This document shows, piece by piece, positions 10,728 to 20,616 of a DNA stretch of 64,000 nucleotides. Source of the DNA: Nitrosopumilus sp. (GTDB lineage: Archaea > Thermoproteota > Nitrososphaeria > Nitrososphaerales > Nitrosopumilaceae). The notes under the pieces were generated by a model. The model saw only the letters and a list, made by a program, of their open reading frames with translations. It ran no database searches and had not been told where the DNA came from. The stretch is taken from contig OZ244651.1 in NCBI GenBank assembly GCA_965218695.1, positions 1,632,001 to 1,696,000 on the forward strand, written 5' to 3'. Position 1 is the first letter of the stretch. The number at the start of each line of letters is the position of its first letter. Position numbers and translations under genes: made by a program.

Positions 10728-12449
10728 CTACGCGCTTCCCAGCAACACGCCCAAGTGCCGCTTGGCCGCGCCCTTGCGCGTGATGCGCTTGACTGTCTTG
10801 TTGTACTCGTCATCAGAACCGGGCGTCTCCCTTATCTTGATCAGGTGCCCGGCAACGCGTTGGTAGTGATCCTTTCCGGAATTGCCCTTGGCAAATTTCT
10901 CCACTGCCCTACAGTATGCGGCCACGTAGCGTTCGGGTTCTTTCTTGACAAGCTTTGCGTGGAACTTGTAGAATGTGGTTACCCCTCCGGCAGACTCCAG
11001 CATGTCCATTGCCTTGCCGCGCATCCCCTCATTTAGGCAGATCTCGACGGCCTTTTCCGGCGATGATCTTGCAATGGCAGCCAGCAGCTCGCCGATGTCT
11101 GCATCCCAGTCGGCCGAGTGCTGCTTGAGGCGGCGAATGTAATCCATGTCGCCGGTAAGCACGAACAGTTTCTTGAGGAATGCAGCATGCTCCTTGCTGC
11201 CCTTGGGGAGCAGGGCAAGCACCGCGTCCATCACGTGTGTGTCGTTTGGAAACTCGCCTGCCGCCTTTTGCGCCTCCCGGCTTGCCATTTCTGGATCCGC
11301 ATCCTTGAGAAGGTGCAGGTACCTGACGCACAGATCCTTGCTTGTGGAAGCGTGCCTTTCTAGCAGTAACCGCGCCTTGTCTGCCCTGCCCGTCTCTTCT
11401 AGCACGCGCGCCTGCATCCGCACGACCCCTGCCAGCCTTGCCCGGGCTGCCGAGAGATCCTGCACGTGCCTTGACGGCAGGCCCAGCATGTTCCTTCCGA
11501 TCCTGCGGCTGCCTGTCCAAATAGGATCGTTCAAGTGCGGTGCCAGCAGACCCTCCAGGAACACCAGATCCTCGCCGTCGGTGCACACGGTGTCCAAGGC
11601 GTTGAGGTAATGCTGCATGATCCGGTCATCCTCCAGCTTCAAAAACTCGTTGAACGTGTGCTCTATGTGGAATTGCTTGTCCCCGTGGGACGGATCCTCC
11701 CTTACTATGGAGTCGACCATGTTCTCAAGTGACTCTATGCAGCAATCTGCATAGTATCCGTCCTTGTCGTCAACGGATCCCATGTTTTCCCGCACAGTCT
11801 TGGACATCTCCCGGTACATCTTTGTAGCCTCCGGTATCTCCCCCCTTTCCTGCCTTCCCCGTGCCTCGGTAAAGATGGGGCCAAAGTCGAGGCGATCCGG
11901 GTTATGCTGTTTCCGGGCACGCGAGTACATCCTGCCCAACTGGGCGGCGTAGTCCCTTGGCGGATGCACGTTCTCCAAGTGAAACTTTTTGACAAAGGCG
12001 TCTTTCACGTGGGGGTTCATGGACATGTGGGTGGCTAAAAATTCCAGTGCCTCCTCGGATCGCACGCGGGCTATGATGTATTTGACGGCGTCAGGCCGGG
12101 AAGCCTCCTCTTCGAGCATCTCGGCAAAGTTGTCCTTGAGGTAAAGCAAAACGGCTACGATGTGCTCGCAGGTCCCGTATTCAAGGAACAAATCGTTGCA
12201 GCTGCAGCTGTACTCGTATCCGTTTTTCGTATATTCAAGTTCCACGTGGCGCGTCTGTTGTGACTGCACCGTGGCATTCAGCATGTTCTTGGTGATAGTC
12301 GCGCCAACCACATTCCCGTTGTTGTGGTGGTGCATGCCGGTCCGGTACGTATTCCCATGGCATGTCGCCTTTATCGCACCGACAGTGGGCCTGACAAACC
12401 ATCGGTTTTCGTACTCGGTCTTGGCTGACAACTGCATGGTGTCGCACAC
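10728..12449 (-). CDS. SWIM zinc-finger protein with helical C-terminal region
   Basis: YSCSC-x9-CEHIVAVL (CxC...CxH SWIM motif); 573 aa. Confidence 0.8.
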   Translation of the reverse strand: MCDTMQLSAKTEYENRWFVRPTVGAIKATCHGNTYRTGMHHHNNGNVVGATITKNMLNATVQSQQTRHVELEYTKNGYEYSCSCNDLFLEYGTCEHIVAVLLYLKDNFAEMLEEEASRPDAVKYIIARVRSEEALEFLATHMSMNPHVKDAFVKKFHLENVHPPRDYAAQLGRMYSRARKQHNPDRLDFGPIFTEARGRQERGEIPEATKMYREMSKTVRENMGSVDDKDGYYADCCIESLENMVDSIVREDPSHGDKQFHIEHTFNEFLKLEDDRIMQHYLNALDTVCTDGEDLVFLEGLLAPHLNDPIWTGSRRIGRNMLGLPSRHVQDLSAARARLAGVVRMQARVLEETGRADKARLLLERHASTSKDLCVRYLHLLKDADPEMASREAQKAAGEFPNDTHVMDAVLALLPKGSKEHAAFLKKLFVLTGDMDYIRRLKQHSADWDADIGELLAAIARSSPEKAVEICLNEGMRGKAMDMLESAGGVTTFYKFHAKLVKKEPERYVAAYCRAVEKFAKGNSGKDHYQRVAGHLIKIRETPGSDDEYNKTVKRITRKGAAKRHLGVLLGSA

Positions 12450-12574
12450 GGTTTAATTTAGTATTTTGGTTGTCCGGCTCTTTTGCAAACGCGGGTGGTG
12501 ATTAAGTGTTCCCACTTTTGTGCTGATGATCAATTAAACATGCCATTCTGCATGGAACCTGAATGTGAATCTTC

Positions 12575-12775
12575 GTAATTGTTTCGCTTTTTGAAGTGCC
12601 CGAATGGCCTAGCGGTCATCCATGGCGCTGGGAAGAAATCTAATAACTTCGTGCTCGGGACGACAAAGTTAGACTATCACGATCCAAGTATGAGCGGGTG
12701 CTAGTCCCTTCGATTACCACAATGAAGGAACCAACACACCAAGCATACTTGGAGGCGGAGGAATTTAAGGCAATA
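12575..12775 (+). mobile_element. Truncated left end of an IS66 related to 15518-17269
   Basis: TIR GTAATTGTTTCGCTTTTTGAAGTGCCC. 12692-12775 aligns with 15636-15720 (gcgggtg...ggaggaatttaaggcaat). Confidence 0.8.
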
Positions 12776-13015
12776 CACAAACCCAGTTAACGCAGAAGTA
12801 AGACTCGATTAAGGTACAATGAGCTGCGGATGCCTTGCAACATGTTAAGCAAATATGGAAATAAACTCCTCAGACAATGCCTAGGCAGTTGTCAACATCC
12901 CGAGAGTCTGCTGCTTAAAAGAATTGATGGTAAAAATCTGTCAATGCACCAACATAGACAGACTCACGCATCAACATACCTTTGCGGAATTGGAATTTAA
13001 GCATTTGAATGCGCA

Positions 13016-13535
13016 TTGGCATTTCACGGTGCCTGCCGGGAGGCATCTGCGGTGACCGGCATGGCAGGCCATCTGCAGCGCACCCTGCAAAACAACCCTC
13101 GGGTTCGCCAAGATACGATATCTGATGCGGCCCGCGTGTTTGATTCAAGCCTTCCAGTCTCCAAAAAGCCCAACGCGGCGTACGGGGTGGATGATTTTCA
13201 CAGGATCATGGTAATGGCAGCCGTGCTTGGGATATCAATCGGAGGATACGCTGCGGCCGTGCGCAGGATAGTGACTACAGTACAGGGACTTGACAGATTC
13301 CACCGATGTGCCCCGTGCAGCGAGTGGATGCGCAACATTTGCTCCCGGATTGATTCGAAAAGCCTGATGCAGTCATTTAATGAAATGATATCCACGCAGG
13401 TAAGCCAGCTTGAGGATCTGGGCATGCTTGGCAACAGGAGGATGAATGTTGCCATTGACATGCACCTGATACCGCGCTGGGACCGCAAACACGGCGCAGA
13501 GCTTGTAAGATCAAAGGCCAAAAGGGGAACGCATA
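13016..13535 (+). pseudogene. ISH3 transposase N-terminal fragment
   Basis: VAIDMHLIPRWDRKHGAELVRSKAKRGTH parallels the 439-1629 protein, then homology stops abruptly. Confidence 0.88.
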
Positions 13536-13847
13536 GTAGTGGCCAAAGCAATCCGATCACCCTCTGCCAATAATTCCGAAAACTACCGAGCCTCATGAAA
13601 TAATTTGTCCATCCGTGCTGTGACTGGCAGGCCTGAATGTCTCCGGGCATACATTCAGATCACAGGCATGCTCATATCCGCTCATGATGACTGTTGTCAA
13701 GGAAAAGCAAGGCGCTGCCGACCCCGGCAGTCGCACAAGGACAGTTCCCGCAGCCGGACCGGCATCAGGGCAAAAGAGGCTCAAGACGGGATCCATGTTC
13801 ATGCCGAACGTGAGCGCAAAGAGGCTGGTGCGGATGTGTGCAAAAGA
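13534..13847 (+). mobile_element. IS630-like left-end remnant
   Basis: Begins at a TA. ORF from 13684 (KRLKTGSMFMPNVSAKRLVRMCAKE) resembles the N-terminus of the IS630 transposase at 17924-19042. Cut by IS66 at 13848. Confidence 0.55.
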
Positions 13848-15500
13848 GTAACTGCATAGTTTTTTGATCAAATGTTGAACTCCATGCCTACGCGCGTCTA
13901 TGCAGTTTTTTGACGTGGAGCCAGGCCCTCGCGCAGGATCGTGCCAAGATCATCTCCCCTTGCCTTGCATGTCTGCTTGATGCTCATCAGCGTGGCAATG
14001 GCATCTGCGCCATCCTTGGATCTGCTCCCGTTGCTGTTCTTGCGCAGGATGACGCACGGCCTGATGGCCCGCTCTGCCCGGTTGTTGTGGTATTCGACGC
14101 CGTCTGTCTCCAGAAACGCAAACAGGTGATCCCTTTCCCGCACCAGCCTCTTGCGCATCCTGTTGCAGTGCTTGCAGTCGCGGTCCTTTTCGAGCCTGCC
14201 GATAAGTGACGCGATACGACGATCCAGCCTCTTCTTTGCGGCAAGCGCGTCTGCCCCTCCCGGAACGGCGCCGTCGATGTGCGAGTCCCACAGTATCGCG
14301 CGCAGCGTCCTTGCGTGACGCTTGTAGTCGTAGCCGGGATTCTTGTATTTCAGGGTGTCCTTGATGTCCCGGGCGTAATGAAGGTGGCACTTTTGGTGTT
14401 CGGATCCGATGACGTTCCACGCGGCCCACGAGTCAGACGTGACGCATCCCGGGTAGTCCTTGCCGAGCATCTTTTTTGGAACCTTCGAGTTCCTGTGGCG
14501 GTGCACCTCGTAGATTACGGCGTACCTGGCTACAGCCACCCACAGCCAGTAGTTCGTGCCGTCGACGCGCCAGATTGTCTCGTCCCCGTTTATCGCACGC
14601 GAGTTTCTTACCTCCTCCTTGATCTTCTCGTACAGCGGCCCGAGCTCCCGGGCCATCCTGCACACCATGCGGTTTATCGCAGATTCCGTGATTCTTGCCG
14701 AGTACATCATCATGACAATATTGCATATTCTGAGGTCTGACATGCCGTGCAGCCGGAGGATGACCATCATTATCATAAAGTTGATCCCGTACCTGGAGTT
14801 TGGCAGTGCCAGCGGAGTCCTGCCGGACACGGTCCTCTTGCAGTTCCTGCAACGCCTTCTCTTTACTGTCACCTTGATGTGCTTTAGTTCCGTCTTGGCA
14901 GCCTCCCTTACCACCTTTGTGTACGTGGACACGCATTCTGAGAGGTCGGAGCTGCCGCAGTTGTCGCACGTGTGGGGATCTGCCGTCTCCTCTGCGTCTA
15001 TTCTTTCAGGACGCGCAAGGCCCGTGCGTTTGTGGTCACTTGGCTTGCCCTTGCCCTTGCCCTTGCCCTTGCCCTTGCCCTTTGCGCGGCGCCGGGTACT
15101 GCCGGTCTTTTTGTCCGGTTTTGCGCCGATGCTCCTTGCAACGGCAGCCGATATGATGCCCTTTGCCTCCTGCAACTCTGCCGTGAGATCCTGGATCTGT
15201 TTGAGGGCGGCAGCGTAAAGATCAGCGAGTTTGGCCATCTGCCGGTCTTTTTCGGCCATCTGCCGGTCTTTTTCGGCCATCTGCTCTGCCATCACACCCA
15301 CTTTTTCCTCCAGTTCTGCAATCTTTGACTCGGAATTATCATCAGACATATGCAAACCGTGGGCAACAATGATCTAAAAATTAGGACGGAGAGAAAAACT
15401 CGATCAAGTGATCAAAAATAGTTTTAAAAAATTAGACAGACGCGGATTTTCTGATTGTAGATATGGAGTTCAACATTTGATCAAAAAACTACACAGATAC
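13848..15500 (-). mobile_element. Single-ORF IS66 element
   Basis: 38-bp TIR GTAACTGCATAGTTTTTTGATCAAATGTTGAACTCCAT, with 3 mismatches in the copy at 15463-15500. No matching TSD. Confidence 0.9.
13898..15355 (-). CDS. IS66 transposase
   Basis: Coiled coil, CDNCG/CRNC zinc ribbon, NGDET, TSDSW, QKCHLHY, NNRAERAIRP. Confidence 0.92.
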   Translation of the reverse strand: MHMSDDNSESKIAELEEKVGVMAEQMAEKDRQMAEKDRQMAKLADLYAAALKQIQDLTAELQEAKGIISAAVARSIGAKPDKKTGSTRRRAKGKGKGKGKGKGKPSDHKRTGLARPERIDAEETADPHTCDNCGSSDLSECVSTYTKVVREAAKTELKHIKVTVKRRRCRNCKRTVSGRTPLALPNSRYGINFMIMMVILRLHGMSDLRICNIVMMMYSARITESAINRMVCRMARELGPLYEKIKEEVRNSRAINGDETIWRVDGTNYWLWVAVARYAVIYEVHRHRNSKVPKKMLGKDYPGCVTSDSWAAWNVIGSEHQKCHLHYARDIKDTLKYKNPGYDYKRHARTLRAILWDSHIDGAVPGGADALAAKKRLDRRIASLIGRLEKDRDCKHCNRMRKRLVRERDHLFAFLETDGVEYHNNRAERAIRPCVILRKNSNGSRSKDGADAIATLMSIKQTCKARGDDLGTILREGLAPRQKTA

Positions 15501-15517
15501 AAAAATACTAAAATATT

Positions 15518-17269
15518 GTAAGTGATTCGCTTTTTGAAGTGCCCTGACTCTTTTGCCGGTAGTCACCGTGTCGGGCTGAAATCCAAGGATTTTTCACGCC
15601 TTGTCAAAATTGGTTGGCTGTAGAGATCCAAATACTAGCGGGTGCCAGTCCCTTCTAGCACTACCATGAAAGAACTGACACGCCAAACATGCTTGAAAAC
15701 GGAGGAATTTAAGGCAATCCTTGGACGTTCCTCCGCGCCGGACTGCGGCGCCTGCATGAAATCCGAATGTGGATGCTGCCAGTACTGGTCAGGCGTGGTG
15801 CGTGATGCCGTGGATGCTGCCGTCAAGACCCTGAAAATGGCGCGCGAGGTTGCAGGTGCGTCAGACGGCAATGAGGCGGAGAGTCTTCAGGCCCAGGTAA
15901 AGTCCCTGAAAGAAGACAACAAGAAGCACGCCGAGGCAAACCGCGAGCTCAGCGCCCGGGCAAACAAGATAAGCGTGCCGTCCTCCAAGAAGAAGAAGAA
16001 TAAGGCCAGCCCCGGCAAGGCAGGAAGGCCCAAGGGGCAAAAGGCCACGATCAACAAGAGGCCCGACAAAGTAGACTGCACGGAGATCATAGACTTTGAT
16101 CGGTGCCCCTGGTGCGGAGGGGAGAACATATCGGAGAAGCCCACTGGCGAGTACGACCGGATAGTCAAGACGCTGACCCTGCTTGTAAAGACCATAAAGT
16201 ACGTGATAATCAGGCGCTGGTGCAGGGACTGCGAGAAGCAGGTCTCTTCCAAGCCGCCCAGAACGGCGCCGCACGCGCGCTACGGGGCCAACGTCGGCGC
16301 CGTGCTCAACTTTTTGAATATGTCGGGTCTGTCCCACGCAAGATCCGCCGAATTCGCAGGCGACGCGCTTGGCACGCCCGTGTCCTGCTCGTCTGCATAC
16401 AGGAACAAGATAAGCAGGGCCCTGCAGATGGCCCCGGAACGCGACGCCGTGAGGAAAAAGATCCTCAAAGAGCCGCACCTGGGGGCCGACGAGTTCCACT
16501 GGCCACTCAAGGGCAGGCGCGGCTACGGCGTGGTCGCACTCGGCAAGGAGTCGTGCCTGGTGGAAATAGTAGACTCCCGCAAGACAAAGACCATCAAGGG
16601 AGTACTGCCAGGCTACGAGGGGACCATCACGCAGGACTCGTACCCGGCGTGGCTCCACGTCGGGTCGGCCCGCCAGATGTGTGTGGTCCACCAGGAGCGC
16701 CTGGCGCAAAAAGATCTAAAGTTGAACCCCGGCGGGGACGTGGCCGAATTCCTGGCCGGGCTGTCTGCCGTGCACAAAAAGATCTACCGCGCCTGGCGCA
16801 TCAAGGATCCGCATTCAAGGGCAGTGTCTGCTGACTGCATCGACGCGGAGCTGGCAGGGCTGTTTGCAGCCCCGTACAAAGACGACAAGCACGGCACCAT
16901 CGCCAAATACCGCAAGCGGCGCTACCGCGAGGGGTACTACATGACGACCTGCCTGCGGATCCCTGGCATCAGTCCGGACAACAACGCGGTGGAGAGGGCC
17001 AACCGAAGGTTCGTCTCCGTGAGGAATGACGGAGGAGGCAACCGGTCCCAGAAGGGCATGGACGCAAATTCCGTACTGTTCACCATGGTGGCCACTGACC
17101 GCGTCCGGAAGAAAAGCTTCTTTGACCACCTGGTGCGTTCTGCGTCCGGCGACGGCTGACTGTCGAGCCCGTATCCACATTAATTCGACACGGTCCGAGC
17201 TTTTGGACGGGGAGGCTGCGCACGTACAGGCGCGGAAGCCTGTGGAACTTCAAAAAGCGAATCACTTAC
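15518..17269 (+). mobile_element. Single-ORF IS66 element
   Basis: Perfect 23-bp TIR GTAAGTGATTCGCTTTTTGAAGT / ACTTCAAAAAGCGAATCACTTAC. No matching TSD. Confidence 0.9.
15642..17159 (+). CDS. IS66 transposase
   Basis: CPWCG/CRDC zinc ribbon, GADEF, TQDSY, QMCVVHQ, NNAVERANR. Start may be 15666. Confidence 0.9.
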   Translation: MPVPSSTTMKELTRQTCLKTEEFKAILGRSSAPDCGACMKSECGCCQYWSGVVRDAVDAAVKTLKMAREVAGASDGNEAESLQAQVKSLKEDNKKHAEANRELSARANKISVPSSKKKKNKASPGKAGRPKGQKATINKRPDKVDCTEIIDFDRCPWCGGENISEKPTGEYDRIVKTLTLLVKTIKYVIIRRWCRDCEKQVSSKPPRTAPHARYGANVGAVLNFLNMSGLSHARSAEFAGDALGTPVSCSSAYRNKISRALQMAPERDAVRKKILKEPHLGADEFHWPLKGRRGYGVVALGKESCLVEIVDSRKTKTIKGVLPGYEGTITQDSYPAWLHVGSARQMCVVHQERLAQKDLKLNPGGDVAEFLAGLSAVHKKIYRAWRIKDPHSRAVSADCIDAELAGLFAAPYKDDKHGTIAKYRKRRYREGYYMTTCLRIPGISPDNNAVERANRRFVSVRNDGGGNRSQKGMDANSVLFTMVATDRVRKKSFFDHLVRSASGDG

Positions 17270-17376
17270 GCAGAATTCAATTAATTGTCCGAATCATTAA
17301 TCAAAATACTATGCTTTCCTGCCTAAAATGATTGATCACCGTATTGATTTTTGTTGGCTTGTGTCGTGTTGAGGGC

Positions 17377-17660
17377 ATGGGCATACAGTGATCCCATTCT
17401 GGAATGACTGGCATGGATACTGGGCAGGGTTGTGAAACAAACTACCTCCCTGCGAATCTTGAAATGTATCTCGTCGCAGTGCCACTTGTAGCTTGTGCGC
17501 GGCCGCAGCTGCCTGGAATATTCATCCATCAATGCCGAATAGTACGCAGTCCACCTGTATATCGTGCTTGAATGTACGATTGTTCCGTCCTGTAGTTTGT
17601 TTCACAACCCTGCCCAGTATCCATGCCAGTCATTCCAGAATGGGATCACTGTATGCCCAT
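17377..17660. repeat. Perfect 69-bp inverted repeat (17377-17445 / 17592-17660) around a 146-bp spacer
   Basis: Each arm begins GTAGTTTGTTTCACAACCC, an IS66-like terminus, next to the spacer. Confidence 0.92.
17446..17591 (-). pseudogene. IS6-family transposase internal fragment
   Basis: Translates VHSSTIYRWTAYYSALMDEYSRQLRPRTSYKWHCDEIHFKI, matching the IS6 TIYRW...W-x-x-DE signature. Confidence 0.7.
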
Positions 17661-17661
17661 A

Positions 17662-19129
17662 GTAATCGGATTAAAGATTCGGAAAACCCGTCCTTGGGAT
17701 TTGGTTCTATGGCCGTTCGCGGTACTCTGATGGGCATTACGGTATCAACACCACATCACATCTCAGGAGCAGTATGACCAATCATATTTCAGGAATCAGA
17801 TCCTGCGAAATCTTCTGCTTAAGGTGCCAAAGGCAGGACGTCAAGTGTTGCAGCAGACGTGGTGACAGTGGTTTGGGTGCAGGATGCCGGGGCACGGAAC
17901 TGTTCTTCACGCATCCCATGCCGTCAGGCAGTGCAGGAGGGCGGTTCCACCGGCATGCGTCGCGCCTTTGGCCATGGTCCCTTCTGGGGGCCGATGGCCT
18001 CGAAGACGTAATCGATCATTTTTACCATGGCAACCTCCCCGCTACGCAGCAGTCGTATGATTCTTTTTTGCAGTTTGTCGAATCCGCCAAAGAATGTTGC
18101 AGACAGCGCCCTCTTGAGATCCCTCCACTCCACCTCGATGGAATTGTGCTGTGGTGTGCGCGGGGGCAGAAACCGCCGAACCACGTCACCCTTCGTACTC
18201 TCAATGTATGTCTCCATGGCCCTGCTGGTGTGGGCTCCGGCATTGTCCATGATTGCGTAGACTTTGCCGTACCTCCGTCGAAGGTATTCTAAAAGCGCAA
18301 CCGCGCTCTCCGTGTTGGCACTCTCGTGGAACTGTACGTCCAGCGTGCCCTTGCCCAGGGCTCCTGCCACCTTGACAGTCTTCTTGGAGCAGTTGGTCCT
18401 GACTGTATCCCTGCCGCCCCTGCGCCGTATGCCGCGCCTGGATGCAGGCGAGTCGGCAAATCCGGCAAAATCAACAAACACTATCTTGTAGCCGTTCCCG
18501 TCACGCTCCTTGGCCTGCCGGATTGTATCCTGCACGTATTCGGCCAGCTCCCCGACTGTGGCCGAGTTGTACGGAACGGGCCTGACTCCCCTGACTGAAA
18601 AGTTCATCCTGCGCGTCAGCCTGAGTGCGCCGCTGTCGCCGTACCGGATCCCAAACATGTTCAGGATGTGGCGGGCAACGAGCCTGGCCGTCCACGTGCC
18701 GCGGGAAAAGCCGCTTTTCGTGGGATCTTGGTCTATATCCTTGTCAAGGGATTTCTTCTGTGCCTCGGACAGACGGCATGGCCTGCCGGGACTCTTGTAG
18801 TCGTGTCTGCGCTCCAAGCCGCCTTCCTCCAGCCGCGACAGCCAGTCGTGTATGGTGCTGGTCGCTATCCCGACGGCCTTTGATATGGTATCCAGGATAT
18901 CGCCTTTCTTTCGGCGTATGGCCACATGCAACATGGTTTTGGTCTTGCCGTGAGGCTCATTCCTGTGCGTCTGCTCAAGTTCAGACAGACTGACATCCGG
19001 GAGGAACTTGTCCCCGCGTTTTACATGCATGGTCAGGTTCATGAAGGTGTCAGGTTCTACTAAGATCTTAATGTATCGATTTAATCCATTGGGTGTACCT
19101 TCTTTTTTCCGGATCATTAATCCGATTAC
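17662..19129 (-). mobile_element. IS630-family element
   Basis: TIR GTAATCGGATTAA / TTAATCCGATTAC, each flanked by TA (17660-61, 19130-31). Confidence 0.9.
17924..19042 (-). CDS. IS630 transposase
   Basis: HTH, PGRP, WT motif, IVFVD, IMDNAGAH, LPPRTPQHNSIEVEW. The start must lie inside the TIR, so 19042 rather than 19291. Confidence 0.9.
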   Translation of the reverse strand: MNLTMHVKRGDKFLPDVSLSELEQTHRNEPHGKTKTMLHVAIRRKKGDILDTISKAVGIATSTIHDWLSRLEEGGLERRHDYKSPGRPCRLSEAQKKSLDKDIDQDPTKSGFSRGTWTARLVARHILNMFGIRYGDSGALRLTRRMNFSVRGVRPVPYNSATVGELAEYVQDTIRQAKERDGNGYKIVFVDFAGFADSPASRRGIRRRGGRDTVRTNCSKKTVKVAGALGKGTLDVQFHESANTESAVALLEYLRRRYGKVYAIMDNAGAHTSRAMETYIESTKGDVVRRFLPPRTPQHNSIEVEWRDLKRALSATFFGGFDKLQKRIIRLLRSGEVAMVKMIDYVFEAIGPQKGPWPKARRMPVEPPSCTA

Positions 19130-19131
19130 TA

Positions 19132-19419
19132 GGCATGCCTCCACACAATAACGATGCAGAACGGGACATACGCGACGCCGTCGTGCTACAGAGGAACGTG
19201 CGTCACAAGCTGTCAGTGGCGGAGGGAATGAAGGTCTTTTCTGTACTTGTTTCAGTTGCGCGCACCTGCCACAAGCAGGGAATACTGCCACGCATCGCAG
19301 TGGAATCGCTCATCAGGGATCCTGGCTGGAAAATATTCAAGCCTCCTCCATGCGAAGTACCTGCAATGACAGTCGCAGTCTGAATTAACAAGGTGGATTG
19401 GGGGGACCTGAGTGTTTAC
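19132..19419 (+). pseudogene. IS66 transposase C-terminal fragment with right end
   Basis: GMPPHNNDAERDIRDAVV...SVARTC; terminus ...GAGTGTTTAC at 19419. Confidence 0.82.
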
Positions 19420-19428
19420 GTCGCCGGA

Positions 19429-19680
19429 ATGTATAACCTTAAGTTAGTGCTACTAGTTTTGAATCGTCTGGGTTATCAGAAATGGGATGCGACAGAGAGT
19501 GTCGCACTGTTCAACCACCCAAATTTAGAATCGGAAGTGTTTATGGATCTGAACATTCCCACTTTAAGCAAAAGCTATGTGGAGAGAAAACTTGAAACCA
19601 TGGAGATCCGCAAGTCTTACTTTGATGCATTGTATGATGCAGAGCAGAAAGATGCAGTGGGTGCCTCACTGAGCAAATAA
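19429..19680 (+). CDS. Small protein, possible HicA-like fold
   Basis: 83 aa with pattern LVLLVLNRLGY...ALFNHP...LSKSYVERKL. The HicA GSH histidine is absent. Confidence 0.45.
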   Translation: MYNLKLVLLVLNRLGYQKWDATESVALFNHPNLESEVFMDLNIPTLSKSYVERKLETMEIRKSYFDALYDAEQKDAVGASLSK

Positions 19681-19779
19681 CGCCCAGAGAGGGATTCGAA
19701 CCCACGCCATTTACAATGAACGCCTAATCTTGCGGAACCGCCTTGAAACGGTGTATCTTGCCGCTGGCGTCGCCCTGTA
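19681..19779 (-). pseudogene. Degenerate tRNA-like sequence
   Basis: Reverse strand ends GTGGGTTCGAATCCCTCTCTGGGCG (T-arm plus acceptor 3' strand). Upstream stem-loop ACCGT-TTCAAG-GCGGT; the 5' acceptor strand does not pair. Confidence 0.55.
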
Positions 19780-19837
19780 AGTAGATGTACCCGTCATGAT
19801 ATACTATTGGCATGTAGGATGTTACCCATACTCATGT

Positions 19838-20050
19838 TTAAGGATGAAACATGTTGCGTATCTTCGCTGGAATATCATTGAAATCTAAACCGTGTTCTGT
19901 CGCCCCACCAAGAACCCCAATGAACAGCCCGATATGCCCGCACTTCGTGCATATGCGACCTCCGATTGACGGGGTTGTGCCTAGGATAATGCGAACTATC
20001 TCGTGTTCCGCATTCCCGCAGTAATAGCATTCTTTCGTGAGATCAACCAT
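19838..20050 (-). CDS. Small zinc-ribbon protein
   Basis: CYYC...CTKC in 70 aa; TATA-like CTTAAAAT ~25-30 bp upstream. Confidence 0.6.
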   Translation of the reverse strand: MVDLTKECYYCGNAEHEIVRIILGTTPSIGGRICTKCGHIGLFIGVLGGATEHGLDFNDIPAKIRNMFHP

Positions 20051-20177
20051 TGAGATGCGGATCCTAAAGGGTGTATTTTAAGTGGATCATGTGGGGATTT
20101 TTAGCACGGAGTTGGAGAAGATCCATCTAGGTCACCAACTTTCCACCCTAGTTTAGGTCACTGTAACTTACCAGTCC

Positions 20178-20279
20178 CTAACGGGACTTTTTTGCGTTGC
20201 CGCTTGTTGGGTTGTAGTTGTAGCTGTTTGGATTCATTGCAGTGTCTCTGGTGGGTTGGGACTTTCCTTTCTTTGCCAT
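20178..20279 (-). CDS. Putative 33-aa basic, Asn-rich peptide
   Basis: MAKKGKSQPTRDTAMNPNSYNYNPTSGNAKKSR with TTTATA ~25-30 bp upstream. Confidence 0.4.
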   Translation of the reverse strand: MAKKGKSQPTRDTAMNPNSYNYNPTSGNAKKSR

Positions 20280-20616
20280 GTGGTGTAGAGGCGTGTCCTT
20301 ACGTATAAACCGGCAGATTACCTGTGGTGAGGGTAGGCCTGACCAATACGTCCGCCGCGGGCAGCATGGTCGCAGGCTAGGGAACGCGCGGTGCAGGCGG
20401 ACAGGGTATTTCTGCAATGAGGTAGTTCCGGTCACGTACGGGATCTGCGGGCCTCCAAATGCTTTTGGCTATACATGGTCGTACGTGGAAGATTCAGACT
20501 TCAACTGGAATCCGTAGGTGCCCAGCAGTACGCAGTCAGCACCAGACATACTTGGATTCAGATCCCGGGTCTGTGTGTTCCAGTCAGTATTGGCGTTTGC
20601 GCCCGGCGTGGGAGCG

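Noticed and set aside
19681-19779. Functional selenocysteine or suppressor tRNA
   Set aside because: The acceptor stem cannot form and the anticodon loop geometry is irregular.
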